Assembly (NCBI GenBank): GCA_963696385.1
Contig: CAVOKF010000007.1
Span: 1,056,001 to 1,120,000 of the forward strand
From: an uncultured delta proteobacterium
GTDB lineage: Bacteria; Myxococcota_A; Polyangia; Polyangiales; Polyangiaceae
Length of the DNA stretch: 64,000 nucleotides
Direction: 5' to 3'
Below the pieces are notes generated by a model. It was not told where the DNA came from. It did not search any database and saw only the letters and a program-made list of their open reading frames with translations. Positions within the stretch are counted from its first letter, which is position 1; every line of letters starts with the position of its first letter. This document shows, piece after piece, positions 10,164-21,700 of the stretch. The translations under genes were made by a program, and so were the position numbers.

Positions 10164-11444
10164 ATGCCCGCGGGGACGACTCATGCCGACCGAGCGGGCG
10201 AATTCATCTTCGACTGGAACGAGGTGCCGCGTAAAGGGCAGCGGACCGCCTACGCCTGGACGCTGGTCGACGAAACGCTTCGCGACGGTCTGCAGAACCC
10301 GAGCGTCGTCGACCCCTCCATCGACGACAAGATACGGATTTTGCACCTCATGGAGGAGCTCGGCATCGGCAACGCCAATCTCGGCCTGCCCGGCAGCAGC
10401 AAGCGAGCCTTCGAAGACGTCTTGCGCCTGTGCCAGGAGGTGGCCGACGCCAGGATGAAGATCCGCATCTCGACGGCGGGCCGGACGGTCGCAAGCGACA
10501 TCACCCCCATGATCGAGATCGCGCAGCGGACCGGGATTCGTGTCGAAGTATGCGCGTTCATCGGGTCGAGCCCGATTCGGCAGCACGTCGAGCAATGGGA
10601 CGTGGCGCTCATCGCGAAACGCAGCGCAGAGGCCATCGATATCGCGATCGAAGCCGGTCTGCCCGTCTCGTTCGTGACGGAAGACACGACTCGTTCCCGC
10701 CCGGAGGTCCTGTCGACGCTGTTCCGCGCCGCAATCGATCACGGGGCAACGCGTCTCGTGCTGTCGGACACCGTCGGGCACGCGACTCCGGACGGAGTCC
10801 GCAACTTGATCCACTTCACGAGGGACTTGGTCGCAAGCGTGGGAGCGCCCGGCGTCGGAATCGACTGGCACGGCCACAACGATCGCGGCCTGGCGCTGCA
10901 GAACTCGCTCCTGGCGTTCGAGTTCGGAGCCGATCGTGTGCACGGCACGGCGCTTGGCATCGGCGAACGGGCGGGCAACGCTCCAATCGAACTCATCCTT
11001 CTCAACCTCCGTTTGCTCGACCACCTTCCCGGCGATAGCGACCTCACGAAGCTCGTGGAGTATTGCGAGACGGTCGCACGAGCGGTGGGCTGGGACATCC
11101 CGCCGAACCATCCGCTCGTCGGACGCGACGCTTTTCGAACGGCAACCGGCGTTCACGCCGCCGCCATCGTGAAGGCGCTTCAGAGAGGCGACGAGTGGCT
11201 CGCCGACAGCGTGTACAGTAGCGTGCCCGCATCCGTGTTTGGCCGGCACCAAGAGATCGCGATCGGGTTCATGAGCGGCACTTCGAACGTGGCTCACTGG
11301 CTACGCACGCGCAACATCGAACCCACCGACGAGCGGGTCACGGCGATACTGAAGGCAGCCAAAGGGATGCGACGGCTGTTGAGCGACGACGAGGTCATGG
11401 CCATCGTCGCACCCATCGCCAGCGGACCGACCGTCCGAGGCTAA
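10164..11444 (+). CDS. LeuA/homocitrate synthase-like DRE-TIM metallolyase without regulatory domain
   Basis: Motifs DETLRDGLQ, DTVG, HGHND, GIGERAGN, GVH. Start at 10164 or 10146. Confidence 0.85.
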   Translation: MPAGTTHADRAGEFIFDWNEVPRKGQRTAYAWTLVDETLRDGLQNPSVVDPSIDDKIRILHLMEELGIGNANLGLPGSSKRAFEDVLRLCQEVADARMKIRISTAGRTVASDITPMIEIAQRTGIRVEVCAFIGSSPIRQHVEQWDVALIAKRSAEAIDIAIEAGLPVSFVTEDTTRSRPEVLSTLFRAAIDHGATRLVLSDTVGHATPDGVRNLIHFTRDLVASVGAPGVGIDWHGHNDRGLALQNSLLAFEFGADRVHGTALGIGERAGNAPIELILLNLRLLDHLPGDSDLTKLVEYCETVARAVGWDIPPNHPLVGRDAFRTATGVHAAAIVKALQRGDEWLADSVYSSVPASVFGRHQEIAIGFMSGTSNVAHWLRTRNIEPTDERVTAILKAAKGMRRLLSDDEVMAIVAPIASGPTVRG

Positions 11445-12415
11445 AGCCCGAGCCATGGAGCGGGCGGGATGGCCCGCGACCCGTGCCTTACCTCGAAGTA
11501 GAGCATCGGCCCCGCGCCATCGTCTCCCACGGTACCGAGGCGATCCCCGGCGCCGACGTCTTGGCCAATCTTGACGTCGACGGCGTCGAGATTGCCACTC
11601 ACCGTATAGTAGTGGTCGCCGTGATCGAGAATGACGATTCGCCCGTAAGGCCCGTAGCGGTCGGCAAACGCAACACGCGCGGCGAACGCCGCACGGACGA
11701 CGGACCCGGCGGGAGCGTGGATCTCCAGACCCGGCCCGTCGGCTCCCTCGCGGCGCGCCGGGCGCACTTCCGCCCGGGCCGCGACAGGAAATAGCAGTCG
11801 GCCCCGCGCGCTGGCGAATCCGCCTGCGGGCATCTCGGGCGCGACCGCTCCCGCTCCACCATAAACCGCGACGTAGTCGGCGCCCGCGCCGGTGGACGTT
11901 TCGAACGCCTTGTCGAAGGCGTCCTGCCTGCGCCGATCCTCCTGGTGCTCGAGCCGTGTGGCTTCGATGGCCTGACGCTGCGTCACCATCGAAGCGCGAT
12001 CCCGGTCGATGCGTTCGAGATCGTGCTGGAGCTCTTCGGCACGAACGTGGGCGCTCTGTTCTTCACGAATGTCCGCGGTCACCAACCGCCGGGCGCGCTC
12101 GACGTGCATGGCGTGCGTGACCAGTGCGTCGAATCCCCCACTGAGCGGAAGCAATCCGGCGCGGGTGAGCCGATAATACGAACGGCCGTGTGCCACGACG
12201 CGCTCGTGCGCGCGGGCGACCCGTCCGTCCAACCGAGACAACTCTGCACGAGCCCCATGCTCTTCGCCATCGAGATCGGCGAGACCGCGATCGAGAGCTG
12301 CGAGTGCGAGGGTCGGGTCGGACGGGCGATCGACCGAGGACCCACCTGCGTCCGCGGCAACCGACGGCGCCGTGAGCGCCACGGCCGCGAGGAGCCAATG
12401 CGGTGGGATCCTCAT
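11441..12415 (-). CDS. envC: EnvC-like murein hydrolase activator (coiled coil + degenerate M23 domain)
   Basis: Signal peptide, coiled coil, GPYGRIVILDHG...LYFEVR; lies directly downstream of ftsX. Confidence 0.8.
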   Translation of the reverse strand: MRIPPHWLLAAVALTAPSVAADAGGSSVDRPSDPTLALAALDRGLADLDGEEHGARAELSRLDGRVARAHERVVAHGRSYYRLTRAGLLPLSGGFDALVTHAMHVERARRLVTADIREEQSAHVRAEELQHDLERIDRDRASMVTQRQAIEATRLEHQEDRRRQDAFDKAFETSTGAGADYVAVYGGAGAVAPEMPAGGFASARGRLLFPVAARAEVRPARREGADGPGLEIHAPAGSVVRAAFAARVAFADRYGPYGRIVILDHGDHYYTVSGNLDAVDVKIGQDVGAGDRLGTVGDDGAGPMLYFEVRHGSRAIPPAPWLGL

Positions 12416-13293
12416 ACCGGCACAAGCCTACGCAAGCTGACGAGCGCCGCCAAAGCGCCGAGCACGCCGCCGAGAAAGACCATGCCGATCGCGACCGGCC
12501 ACGGCAAAAAACTCGGCTCGACGCCGACGAGGCCCGCAAGCTCCGTGTCGGCGCGACCCCGCACCAACACGAAAAGCAGGCCGAGTAGAGCGAGGGCGGC
12601 GAGCGCACCGATCGCCCCCTGGACGGCTCCCTCGAGGACGAATGGCTTCTTGACGAATCCGTCGGTGGCCCCGACCAACTTGAGCACCTCGACCTCCGTG
12701 CGGCGTCTCTGCAAGACCAAACGCATGGTCGACCCGATGACAGCGAGCACCGCCGACAAGACGACAATCGCAAGGACCCCGGCGGCCGCCACTCCGCCGC
12801 GAGCCAGCCGCGTCAGCCGGCCCGTCCAGGCCTGGTACGTCTCGACATCGTCCACGGCGGGAATTTGCCTCATCTTCACGACCATGTCCGCGAGGTCCGC
12901 GTCGGGCATGTCAGGGGCGACATCGAGTTCAATCGACGCGGGAAACGCCTCGATCGGCAGGGCTGCAAGGTCGCCCTTCCCATCGGACTCGCGGCCGAAT
13001 TCGGTGCGTGCATCGCCGCTCGAGACGTACCGAACGCCGGTCACTCCCGGCACGCGAACCAGCGCCGCACGCAGGGCATCGACCTCACCCTGGCTCGCGG
13101 AATCCTTCAAGAACACGGACGCGCGACCCGCCCGCCGCCATCGCTGCTCGGCGGCCCAGAAGTTCGTTACGACGAGCAGCACGGCCCCGAGACATACGAA
13201 GGCGACCGACAGCGAGAACAGACTCAGCGTGTGCAATCGCCACTCGCGCACCATGCCCCGCCTCGCTCTTCGTGTGGTGCTGGCCGACAACAT
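12412..13293 (-). CDS. ftsX: Cell division permease FtsX
   Basis: Four TM helices and RRTEVEVLKLVGATDGFVKKPFVLEG; follows ftsE. Confidence 0.9.
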   Translation of the reverse strand: MLSASTTRRARRGMVREWRLHTLSLFSLSVAFVCLGAVLLVVTNFWAAEQRWRRAGRASVFLKDSASQGEVDALRAALVRVPGVTGVRYVSSGDARTEFGRESDGKGDLAALPIEAFPASIELDVAPDMPDADLADMVVKMRQIPAVDDVETYQAWTGRLTRLARGGVAAAGVLAIVVLSAVLAVIGSTMRLVLQRRRTEVEVLKLVGATDGFVKKPFVLEGAVQGAIGALAALALLGLLFVLVRGRADTELAGLVGVEPSFLPWPVAIGMVFLGGVLGALAALVSLRRLVPV

Positions 13294-13330
13294 GCTCCCT
13301 CCGTAGACCGGTCAAACCCAATCGCGTCGC

Positions 13331-14119
13331 CTAGAGCGGCAACCGGTTATCGTATTCGTCGGCCGAGATTCCCTGTGGCACGTCGATGGCTTTCCCCTCG
13401 TCGAGAATGACGACGCGCCGCGGACGCACCTCGAGCAACGTTCGATCGTGGGTCGCGAACAGGACCGTCGTGCCACCCTCGTGGATCTCCTCGAAGAGAC
13501 CCAGGATGTCGATCGCGAGCTGCGGGTCGAGATTGCCGGTGGGCTCATCCGCGAGAATGAGTGCGGGCTCACCGACAATCGCGCGGGCCACAGCGACCCG
13601 CTGCTGCTCCCCTCCGGAAAGGACGGAGGCCGGGTCGTCGCCGCGGCCGCCGAGTCCAACCCGATCGAGCGCCTCCGCGACACGCGCCCGCACCAGGCGC
13701 TGCGGGAGCCCAAGCACCTCGAGGACGACGGCCACGTTCTCGAAGGCGGTCCATGAGGACACGAGTTTGAAATCTTGAAATACGATTCCGAGGTTGCGAC
13801 GCAAAAATGGAACGGCATCCTCGCGGAGGCGAGCGACGTCTCGACCGAGAAAGAGGATTCGGCCGTCGTCGACGGTGTCCGCCCTGTAGAGCATGCGCAA
13901 CAGGGTTGATTTTCCCGACCCGCTTGGGCCCGTGACGAAGACGAACTCACCCCGTTCGATGACCAAACTCATCCCACGGAGAACCGGCGCGCCGTGCCGG
14001 TACGACTTGTAGACATCCTCGAAGACGAGGATCGGCCGCTGAGCGGCGTCGCGCGAGAATCGCGCACCGCCTGCGCGCAGCATGGGGCGGAATCTCTCTG
14101 GAGAGTCGCCGCGGGACAT
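13331..14119 (-). CDS. ftsE: Cell division ABC ATPase FtsE
   Basis: [35 protein letters not shown]. Start 14119 or 14083. Confidence 0.9.
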   Translation of the reverse strand: MSRGDSPERFRPMLRAGGARFSRDAAQRPILVFEDVYKSYRHGAPVLRGMSLVIERGEFVFVTGPSGSGKSTLLRMLYRADTVDDGRILFLGRDVARLREDAVPFLRRNLGIVFQDFKLVSSWTAFENVAVVLEVLGLPQRLVRARVAEALDRVGLGGRGDDPASVLSGGEQQRVAVARAIVGEPALILADEPTGNLDPQLAIDILGLFEEIHEGGTTVLFATHDRTLLEVRPRRVVILDEGKAIDVPQGISADEYDNRLPL

Positions 14120-14177
14120 GACTCTCGGGGTATCAGCCGCCGACGAGCGCGACAACTTTTTGGTCGGATCCCGGACC

Positions 14178-14330
<153 letters not shown>

Positions 14331-14354
14331 CTGTAGAGAGATCTTCGAGCCTCG

Positions 14355-15311
14355 CTAGACGCTGCGCAACACGGGCAAGTTCGAGGGCAGCACACTCGGC
14401 GAGTCGCAATAGGCCGCCGCTTGCTCGGCGAGCGCCACGGCGAAAGCCCCGTCTGTTCCGGTGGCGATGTCGCGTCCGGCGTGACCGTCAAGTGCGTCGG
14501 CGAGGGCGATCGCTTGCGCGACGAGGGGCTCTTGGAACGGAAGCGGAACGTCCGCACGCGATGCCGCCGATCCGTCGGCGCGCACGAGACGGTGTTCGAG
14601 CAGATCACCCTCGTAGCGCCAGCGATGCGTGGCGACCGTGATCGTTCGTTGCTTCGCGACCGTCGTACGATCGACGTAGAGATGTCCGATGCTTCCCGAA
14701 GCCGTCGTCAGCAGTACGTGTGCGAAGTCTTCGCCACCGGCCGCACTGGACCGACCCGCGGCAGCGGATCGCACCGTGACGCCGCCCCCGCACAGGTACC
14801 CCACGAGATCGAGATCGTGCACCCCCAGATGGAGCAGGACCCCGAAGCCGCTCTCGCGCGATCGACCGACCCGGCGCAGGTCGATCCCCAACACTTGCTC
14901 CGCACGTACGAACCGCGCGAGCGCACGAACCACCGGGTTGAACCGCTCCGAGTGACCGACGAACAGGCGACCGCCCGATCGCGCCGAGGCAACCAGGGCG
15001 CTCGCGTCTGCGGCGGTGGCGCAGAGAGGCTTTTCCACCAGCACGTGCCTGCCGGCAGCGAGCGCGGCGGCGACGAGCTCCGTGTGCGTTTCGATCGGCG
15101 TCGCGATCACCAGCAGGTCGGATTGATCGATGGCTTCGCTAGGGCTGCGCATTCGCCGCAGCCCCTCCGAACCGTGCAGATCGGGGCGCACGTCGAACCC
15201 GCCGAGGAGTTCGAACCGCTCGTCGAGTCCTCGAATCACGCGAGCGTGACGCATCCCCATCGCGCCAAGGCCGATCACGGTCGTTTTGTAGCGTCTCGTC
15301 GCTCTACGCAC
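14355..15311 (-). CDS. Gfo/Idh/MocA-family oxidoreductase
   Basis: VIGLGAMG, HVLVEKP, VGHSERFNP, HDLD. GTG start inferred. Confidence 0.85.
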   Translation of the reverse strand: MRRATRRYKTTVIGLGAMGMRHARVIRGLDERFELLGGFDVRPDLHGSEGLRRMRSPSEAIDQSDLLVIATPIETHTELVAAALAAGRHVLVEKPLCATAADASALVASARSGGRLFVGHSERFNPVVRALARFVRAEQVLGIDLRRVGRSRESGFGVLLHLGVHDLDLVGYLCGGGVTVRSAAAGRSSAAGGEDFAHVLLTTASGSIGHLYVDRTTVAKQRTITVATHRWRYEGDLLEHRLVRADGSAASRADVPLPFQEPLVAQAIALADALDGHAGRDIATGTDGAFAVALAEQAAAYCDSPSVLPSNLPVLRSV

Positions 15312-15466
15312 GCGGCTGCGAACCTCGATAGATCGCGACCATGACACGCGGACGGCGCCCGCGGCGAGAACAATCGCCTTCGCGCAGAGCTCCGCGCCTC
15401 GGGACGAGACACCGCCGTGCGACAGGCCACCGTGGTGGGTGACGCACGTATCGCTCCCGCGTCGCT

Positions 15467-16897
15467 CTACCGGCCGATTCCGAACGAGAAGGGATACGTG
15501 ACCTGCGAGACGCCCTCGCTCGAGGGGAAGTGCCACGTGCGCACCTGACGGAGGACGCACCCTTCGACGCGCGGACTGTGAATCGTGGATCCGGCCACGT
15601 TTGCGCTCGTGACCCCACCGGTGGCGTCGATGGTCCACGCCACCGTTACGCCGCCCCGCAGCGTCGGGTCCTTTTGCGCTTCGATCTCGTAGCAAGCCTG
15701 CAGCGCGCCCTTGTGGGCGAAGACCACGCGATTGATCTGTTCGGGACTGAGGCCCCCATGCGTTGCGACGGGACCCACGCCCTGCACCCCGTGCTCACCG
15801 GTCCCGCCGCCTGCCGCGCCATGGCCTCCGGCTCCGCCGCCGCCGTTGCCGCCTCCGGGCCCGTGCCCGGCCCCCGTCCCGAACCCGCCCCCCGCGCCGG
15901 CCCCCCAACCGGTATTCAGCGTTCCGGAGCCAAACATGACGCCCGCGCCCACGCCACCGCCGCCGGATCCGGTTCCGCGCAGTCCGGTGCCGGGACCGCC
16001 ACCGAGCACGACGTTCGCCGAATTCAACCCGCCGAGGGCGTCCGAGACGGTTTGAATCTCACTGAGCGTTTTTCTGATTTCGGTCCCAGTGTCCGCAAGC
16101 GCCTCGCTCAAGCCTCCGTAGTTGGTGACGGGCTTGATCTCGCCCGGCAGCTCGTTGTGATCTTCCTTCCCGCTCAGCCCCGCCGTGCCCTCCTTGCCCT
16201 GGACTTTCTGACCCCCGCCTGCTTTTTTCGTGTCCTTGATCCCAGGGTCTTTGGGTCCCTTGGGTGCTCCTGAGCCGGCATCCTTCGAGGTCGCCGGCGG
16301 ATCGGGCTCCGGCAAAACCCTCTTGAGACCGAACCGCTCGGCGTAGTCTTCCGGGCTCACGAGCTCGGGCGGAAGGCGATAATCCGGGGGCGTCCAATTG
16401 ACGATGAGCAGCCCGATGATCCCCAGGTGGAACACGACGCTCGAGAAGAGCGACAAGCCGGAAAGCAAGTCATCGAGATGGAACAATCGCGCGACGAGCG
16501 TGAACGGAAGGAGCCACGGCGGCGTTCGTTTGGCGATGGCGGGCGCAGGGGCCGTGTACTGAAAAAATAGGGCGAAGAGCCCATACTGAATCAGACCGTA
16601 GTCCCCGGGGACGACGGGGATCGGCGCCGGGACCCGGGAGAGACTCGCCGCGCTTTCCTGGCGTCCCCGCAGCAAGACCATTCCGCTGACCGCACCGCGC
16701 GCATCGAGCTCCCACCCGCCGCCGACCGCGCGCAGCGGAGTCGTTGCCGCCGCGAGGCCGTCGGGCATCGCAGCAAGTGCACCGGGCGAGTCGGACAGCG
16801 AGCAGTCCTCACCGCGTTCGAGCAGCTTGATCCCGACGATCGTCGTTCCCCACGCCGCAGCCACGCGAAGGACCTGAGGGGATGCGGTGGCCGTCAT
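15467..16897 (-). CDS. GltG/PglI (AgmX/PglI C-terminal TonB-C-like) gliding-apparatus protein
   Basis: Single TM with S..H motif (SSVVFH), Gly-rich linker, and C-terminal LSPEQINRVV...ACYE...LRGGV...VEGCVL...WHFP...VTYPF. Confidence 0.75.
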   Translation of the reverse strand: MTATASPQVLRVAAAWGTTIVGIKLLERGEDCSLSDSPGALAAMPDGLAAATTPLRAVGGGWELDARGAVSGMVLLRGRQESAASLSRVPAPIPVVPGDYGLIQYGLFALFFQYTAPAPAIAKRTPPWLLPFTLVARLFHLDDLLSGLSLFSSVVFHLGIIGLLIVNWTPPDYRLPPELVSPEDYAERFGLKRVLPEPDPPATSKDAGSGAPKGPKDPGIKDTKKAGGGQKVQGKEGTAGLSGKEDHNELPGEIKPVTNYGGLSEALADTGTEIRKTLSEIQTVSDALGGLNSANVVLGGGPGTGLRGTGSGGGGVGAGVMFGSGTLNTGWGAGAGGGFGTGAGHGPGGGNGGGGAGGHGAAGGGTGEHGVQGVGPVATHGGLSPEQINRVVFAHKGALQACYEIEAQKDPTLRGGVTVAWTIDATGGVTSANVAGSTIHSPRVEGCVLRQVRTWHFPSSEGVSQVTYPFSFGIGR

Positions 16898-16898
16898 C

Positions 16899-17363
16899 TC
16901 AGAAGCTCGGCTCCCTTCTCGTCTCGGACATTTCGCGCATGAAGCTGCGGTGCCCCAGGTCGCCCGCAGCGAACTCGGCCCGCACGCGCCGCAGGAAGTA
17001 GACGAGCTGAGGGCTCTTGAGCCGCCCCTCGATATCGATCTCGCCGAACTTGAAAACGCGGGTGCCTCCGTCGAGCACCTTCGCCTCCACCGCTCCGGCG
17101 TCGGAAAGTGCGGCACCGGTGGCCGCCCGGGCGGCATGGGACGGGACGGACGCTCGTCCCGACCCAACGGCTGCTTCGGGCATCGCGGCCCCCTCTCCGT
17201 TCGCGGGCGCGGACGGGCCCTTCGTCGCGGTCGAGCGCGAAGCCGAATGACCGTGAGGCACGGAGGTCGGCTCCGTCGTTTGGGCGATCGCGGCTTGCGT
17301 CAGGCCGCAGACCCCGAGAGCCACGGACAACGTCCGAAGCACGGCACGCGTGCGTCGCACCAT
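16899..17363 (-). CDS. GltF/CglF-like small secreted protein
   Basis: Signal peptide and C-terminal FKFGEIDIEGRLKSPQLVYF...RSF; position between the gltE-like and gltG-like genes. Confidence 0.65.
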   Translation of the reverse strand: MVRRTRAVLRTLSVALGVCGLTQAAIAQTTEPTSVPHGHSASRSTATKGPSAPANGEGAAMPEAAVGSGRASVPSHAARAATGAALSDAGAVEAKVLDGGTRVFKFGEIDIEGRLKSPQLVYFLRRVRAEFAAGDLGHRSFMREMSETRREPSF

Positions 17364-17463
17364 CCGGATCCGGAATGCGCCGGCCGCAATCTCGGTCGGC
17401 AGCTGCGCGACCCGACGTGTCCCCATCGCAATGCAGTGTACCGCGCCCACGAGCGCGAAAGCG

Positions 17464-18756
17464 TTAGTTCTTGAGTGGCGCCGCGCCGCCCGGCGCGGCG
17501 GGGGCAGGACGTGCCGACGGGGATGACCGCGGTGGCCGGGGTGTCCGCGTAGGCGCAGAGGACGCGACGGGGGGACTTGCACCCCCATTCGACCCCGCAG
17601 CCGCCCCCGACCCGGCGCCGGCATGGGCGTTCGCGACGGTACTCGCGCTCGCGGCCGAGGCGTACTTCTCCGCCTCGCCGCGTAGGGGGTGGTCGTTGGG
17701 CGCATCTGCGATGAACCGCCTGAAGAGCGGCGCCGCCCTCGTGGGATCCTTCAAAAAATCAGCGTAAAGAACGCCGAGATTGAAAAGCGCGCTCGTGTCG
17801 TGCGGATCGATCGACAGGACCTTCTCGAGCACGTCGCGCGCCTCCTCGAATTTCTTGGGATGCTGCGTGTTCGCCTGCCCGCGCAGAGCGGCCGCGAGGC
17901 CGACTTGTGCCTCGGTGCGATCCGGCGACATCCGGAGGATCTCGCGGTACTGCTCCTCGGCTTTGGCATAGGCGCCCGCCCGAAGGAGCACGACGCCCAT
18001 GTTGAGCCTCGATGTCGTGTCATGCGGGTCGGCCTGCGCGGCTTTGCGAAATTCGCTGAACGCCGCCGCGTCATCGCCGTTGGCCAGATCGAGCAGCCCG
18101 GTCGCGCGATGTGCGACGGCGCTGTTCGGGCTCGCATCGAGCGCTTGTTTGGCGAGGAGCGCCGCCGCTTCTCTCTCTCCTTTGCCGAGATGCAAAAGCG
18201 ATAGCTCCGCGAGTGCCATCGAGTCGCCCGGCTTGCGCACGAGCACTTCCTGCGCTTCGCTCATCGCCTTGTCGAGCTGACCGCTCTCGCGCAATGCGGC
18301 GACGAGCAGAGTGCGCGCCGTGAGCGCCCCTGGGTGTTCCCGGACGAAATCGGCGAGCCCCTTCGCGGCGAGCAGGTATTCGCCACGGCGTAGCCGTACT
18401 TCGGCCAAGGCCACGGCGATGTCCTGAACGTCGGGAGCCGGCGACGCGGCGATCGTGAGCTCATGCTCGGCCCCCGCGAGATCTCCAGCGTTGGCCAGGA
18501 CGATGCCCAGATCGTAGCGCGCTTCCCAGAGATGGCCGTCGACCTGAATCGCCGCGCGCAGAAGTGCCACACTGCGGTCGCGGTCGCCGTCCTTCGACGC
18601 CTGCACGCCTTCGATCATCCTGTCGACCGCTGCAGGAGCCAACGGGGCGACCGCGCCGGCGACCGGTACGGCGGCCATCGGCGGATGGGCCGGCGGACGC
18701 GCGCATGCGGAGGAACCCAGCGCGATGAGCACGACCGCACACCCCCGCGAGTTCAT
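17464..18756 (-). CDS. GltE/AglT-like TPR lipoprotein
   Basis: Lipobox-like GSSAC, tandem TPRs (ALFNLGVLY), and synteny. Confidence 0.7.
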   Translation of the reverse strand: MNSRGCAVVLIALGSSACARPPAHPPMAAVPVAGAVAPLAPAAVDRMIEGVQASKDGDRDRSVALLRAAIQVDGHLWEARYDLGIVLANAGDLAGAEHELTIAASPAPDVQDIAVALAEVRLRRGEYLLAAKGLADFVREHPGALTARTLLVAALRESGQLDKAMSEAQEVLVRKPGDSMALAELSLLHLGKGEREAAALLAKQALDASPNSAVAHRATGLLDLANGDDAAAFSEFRKAAQADPHDTTSRLNMGVVLLRAGAYAKAEEQYREILRMSPDRTEAQVGLAAALRGQANTQHPKKFEEARDVLEKVLSIDPHDTSALFNLGVLYADFLKDPTRAAPLFRRFIADAPNDHPLRGEAEKYASAASASTVANAHAGAGSGAAAGSNGGASPPVASSAPTRTPRPPRSSPSARPAPAAPGGAAPLKN

Positions 18757-21700
18757 CGGGTGGCCTTGGTATGGCTAGGCTCGTTCGCGGTTGCCGGAGA
18801 CCGATTCGGTGCGTCGATGAGGGCTGGAAGCGGCAGAGGACCCTGCGACCGGACTTCGAACCCCGTTTCATTGAACGGAGGGTAAAGCTCGCTGTTGAGC
18901 CGGCCGAGCGCCTCGCGCATCTTGGCCGTCCACTGATTGTAGATGCCCAGATCGGTCGCCTTCTTCCAGCCGTTCTCGTAGGCGTCCAGACTGCGCTCCT
19001 CCATGGGAACCGCAAATTCCTCGATCTGGGCCTGATACTCGACTTTCTGATCGTCGGTTTTGACATCGGGCGGCGGCGGCGAATCGCGCAGCGCCTTCGC
19101 GAAGGACTCGTACATATGGCCAATCTGGTAGAGCGCAGCGGTCGTCCATTCGGCGACTCCCAAGGAGACGCACTCGAGAAATGACTTGGCGGCCTCCCGG
19201 AGCAGATCGGCCTTTTGCTTCAAGCGCGCCTTGAGTTGCTTGACGTCCCCTTGAATTTGAATGTGCTCGAACTTGGCCAGGGTACGTTCGCCCTGCATGT
19301 ACCGGGCGTGCGAACCAGCATATTTTCCGTCGGCACCCAGCTCGCGCGCGTGCTGTTTGGCGAATGCCAGGGCCTGATCGAGCGACACCGCGGCAGATCG
19401 CTCGTCACCCAACTTGAGCTCGACCTGGGCCAGGAGCACCCAGCCCTGCATTCGATGATCGACGTTTTTCGCGTGACCGAGATATCGGCGATAAAGTTCC
19501 GCGGCGTCATTCAGATGACCGGCGCTCTGCTCGGCGCGTCCCACCTGCAGGACAATCTCGTCGGAATCCGGCGTACCCCCATAGGCCGTCAAAAACTTCT
19601 TACCGTCGAGGATGGCACGCGTGTGATCGCCGGTCGCCTCACGAAGGACGACGGCGTTGTAGGCCGCATCCTTCTCGTGCTCGAACCGGCAATAGTTGGC
19701 GTGTTCGCGGTCGCCCAGGCTCGCCATGCGTTCCGCAACGTCGGCGGCCTCTCCAAAGAGGCCCATCGCCTCGAGGGTGGTCGTCGCGATCCAAGCGCCG
19801 GCGGGCGACTCGGGGCGGGTGGCGTAGAGCGTTCCCATGGCCAGCTGCGCCGCTTCTTCGAGCGTCTTCACATCGCCGGCTAGTTTCGCTTCCTGTTCGG
19901 CGTTGACGCAAGCCTGTGCGGCCCGCGCATCCCGGGGGAATTCCTTGGCCGCCCTCAGGTACGCGGCAGCGGCCGCCGCGTGATCGCCGGCGGCCGCCTT
20001 CTGCTCGCCTTGCTTGAACACCGCGACGACGATGAGTGCGTCCAGCCGCTCCTGCTGTTTGGCAGCGCTGAAGCTCGACAGCGCCTTGAGACGTCGCGCC
20101 CAGGTCTCGATGTTCTCGTAGTTCTTCGCGCGACTGAAGGACTCGAGGATGCTCTCTCCCGCGTTGCGAGAAGGATCGCTGTTCGGGAATTTCTCGATGA
20201 GCATGCCCCAAATCTTGACGGCCAGGTCGTACTTGCCGCCGTCGAAAAAGTACCGCCCCTGACGGTAAAACATCGCCGGCAGCTCGGCATCCCTCGGGTA
20301 GTAGTGCGCGTAGAGTTCGAGCGCCTCCGCGTACAGATCGATGGGATCGGCGCCAGCGACGCGCCCTTCGGGAGGGAGCTTCGCGTCCATCGCGCGAGAG
20401 AGCGCGACGAGCGCGTTGTAAAGCGCATCGTGACGCGTCGTCGCGAGCGGACCACTCGTCTCCCCCGCCGGGATCGCTCGGGCCGCCGCCAGGTAGTGGA
20501 TCGCCGCGTCGACGTTTCTGCCCAGTCGAAAAAAGTCGACTTCGGCGACATCGAAATGCACTTCGTAGGCTTTTGGCTCCTGAGCGAACCTCGACAAGTA
20601 AACGTCGTACAGACCGGCGGCACCCTCGAATTCCGCGGTGCTCGTCTTGTCTCTCTGTGCTTTTGCGTGGAGGGACGTCGCGTCGTCGCGCAGCTGCCTT
20701 TCGATGGCTGCGGTCGTCGCTGTCACGTTGCCCGCGTCGGTCTGCGTGCGGGACCACGGACCGCCGCTGGTGGTTTGCGCGATCGCTCGCTCGAACGTCG
20801 TCTTGAGATGGGTCCAATCTTCGAGCGCGTCGTATCCGGCCGCTATCTTGAGGAGCCACCGCCCTGTGTCCCGACTGGTCGGTTCAAGCTTGATCAGCAG
20901 TTCGTACGCCTCGATGCCGCGCTCGTAGTGCGCCTGGTCGAAGAACTGTTCGCCGAGAGCGCGCACGATCTTGCCGCTGAAGCGCTCCCCTCCGATCTTC
21001 TCGAGAAACGCGTAGAGGTCCTGGGCGGTATTCTTTTCGTCCTCGCTGAAGACCTCGACGACGTATTTGAGGGCTTCGCCTTGCAGCTCGTCGAGCTGCC
21101 GTCGGTCGGCCGCGCTGACCCCCGAGCGGGCGCCACGTGCTTGGGCGCCGGGTTCGGTCGCCTCGAAGACTCCGACGAAGCGGCGCGCCGCCTCGTCGCT
21201 GTTGCCCAGGCGCCAGTAGCACCAAGCGCTCTTGAAGAGCGCAAGGCCATAAAGGGCGGGGTCGATTTGGCTCTTGGATTCGAGTACCCGGTCGTATTCG
21301 GCGAGCGCGCCCGCGTAGTCGAATTTGCCATTGAAAATCGACTCCGCTTTCGCCATGTGAGCGTCGGGGACGAAGCGGCTCTGCGGGTAGTCACGCAGAA
21401 TGCGCTCGAATCGTTCACGGGCCTCGTCCTCCTTGCCCTGTTCGAACGCGAGAAACCCGTCTACGTACAGCGCGAGGTCGTACTGGTCGAACCACGGGTA
21501 GTCGCGCAGCACACGCCCGAACATTTCGCGTGGAGCCCTGTATTCGAGCTCGGGCGCAGGGCCGCGCTGGTCGACCGGCTTCTTGTCCCAGGCCTCGAAC
21601 CTCGCGACGAACGCTTCGCGCTCGTTTTCCCACTGCAGTTCCCCCAGCCGAACGAGGGCCTCGGGCATCTCGCGAGCATCTCGAGGGGCCTCGGCGATGA

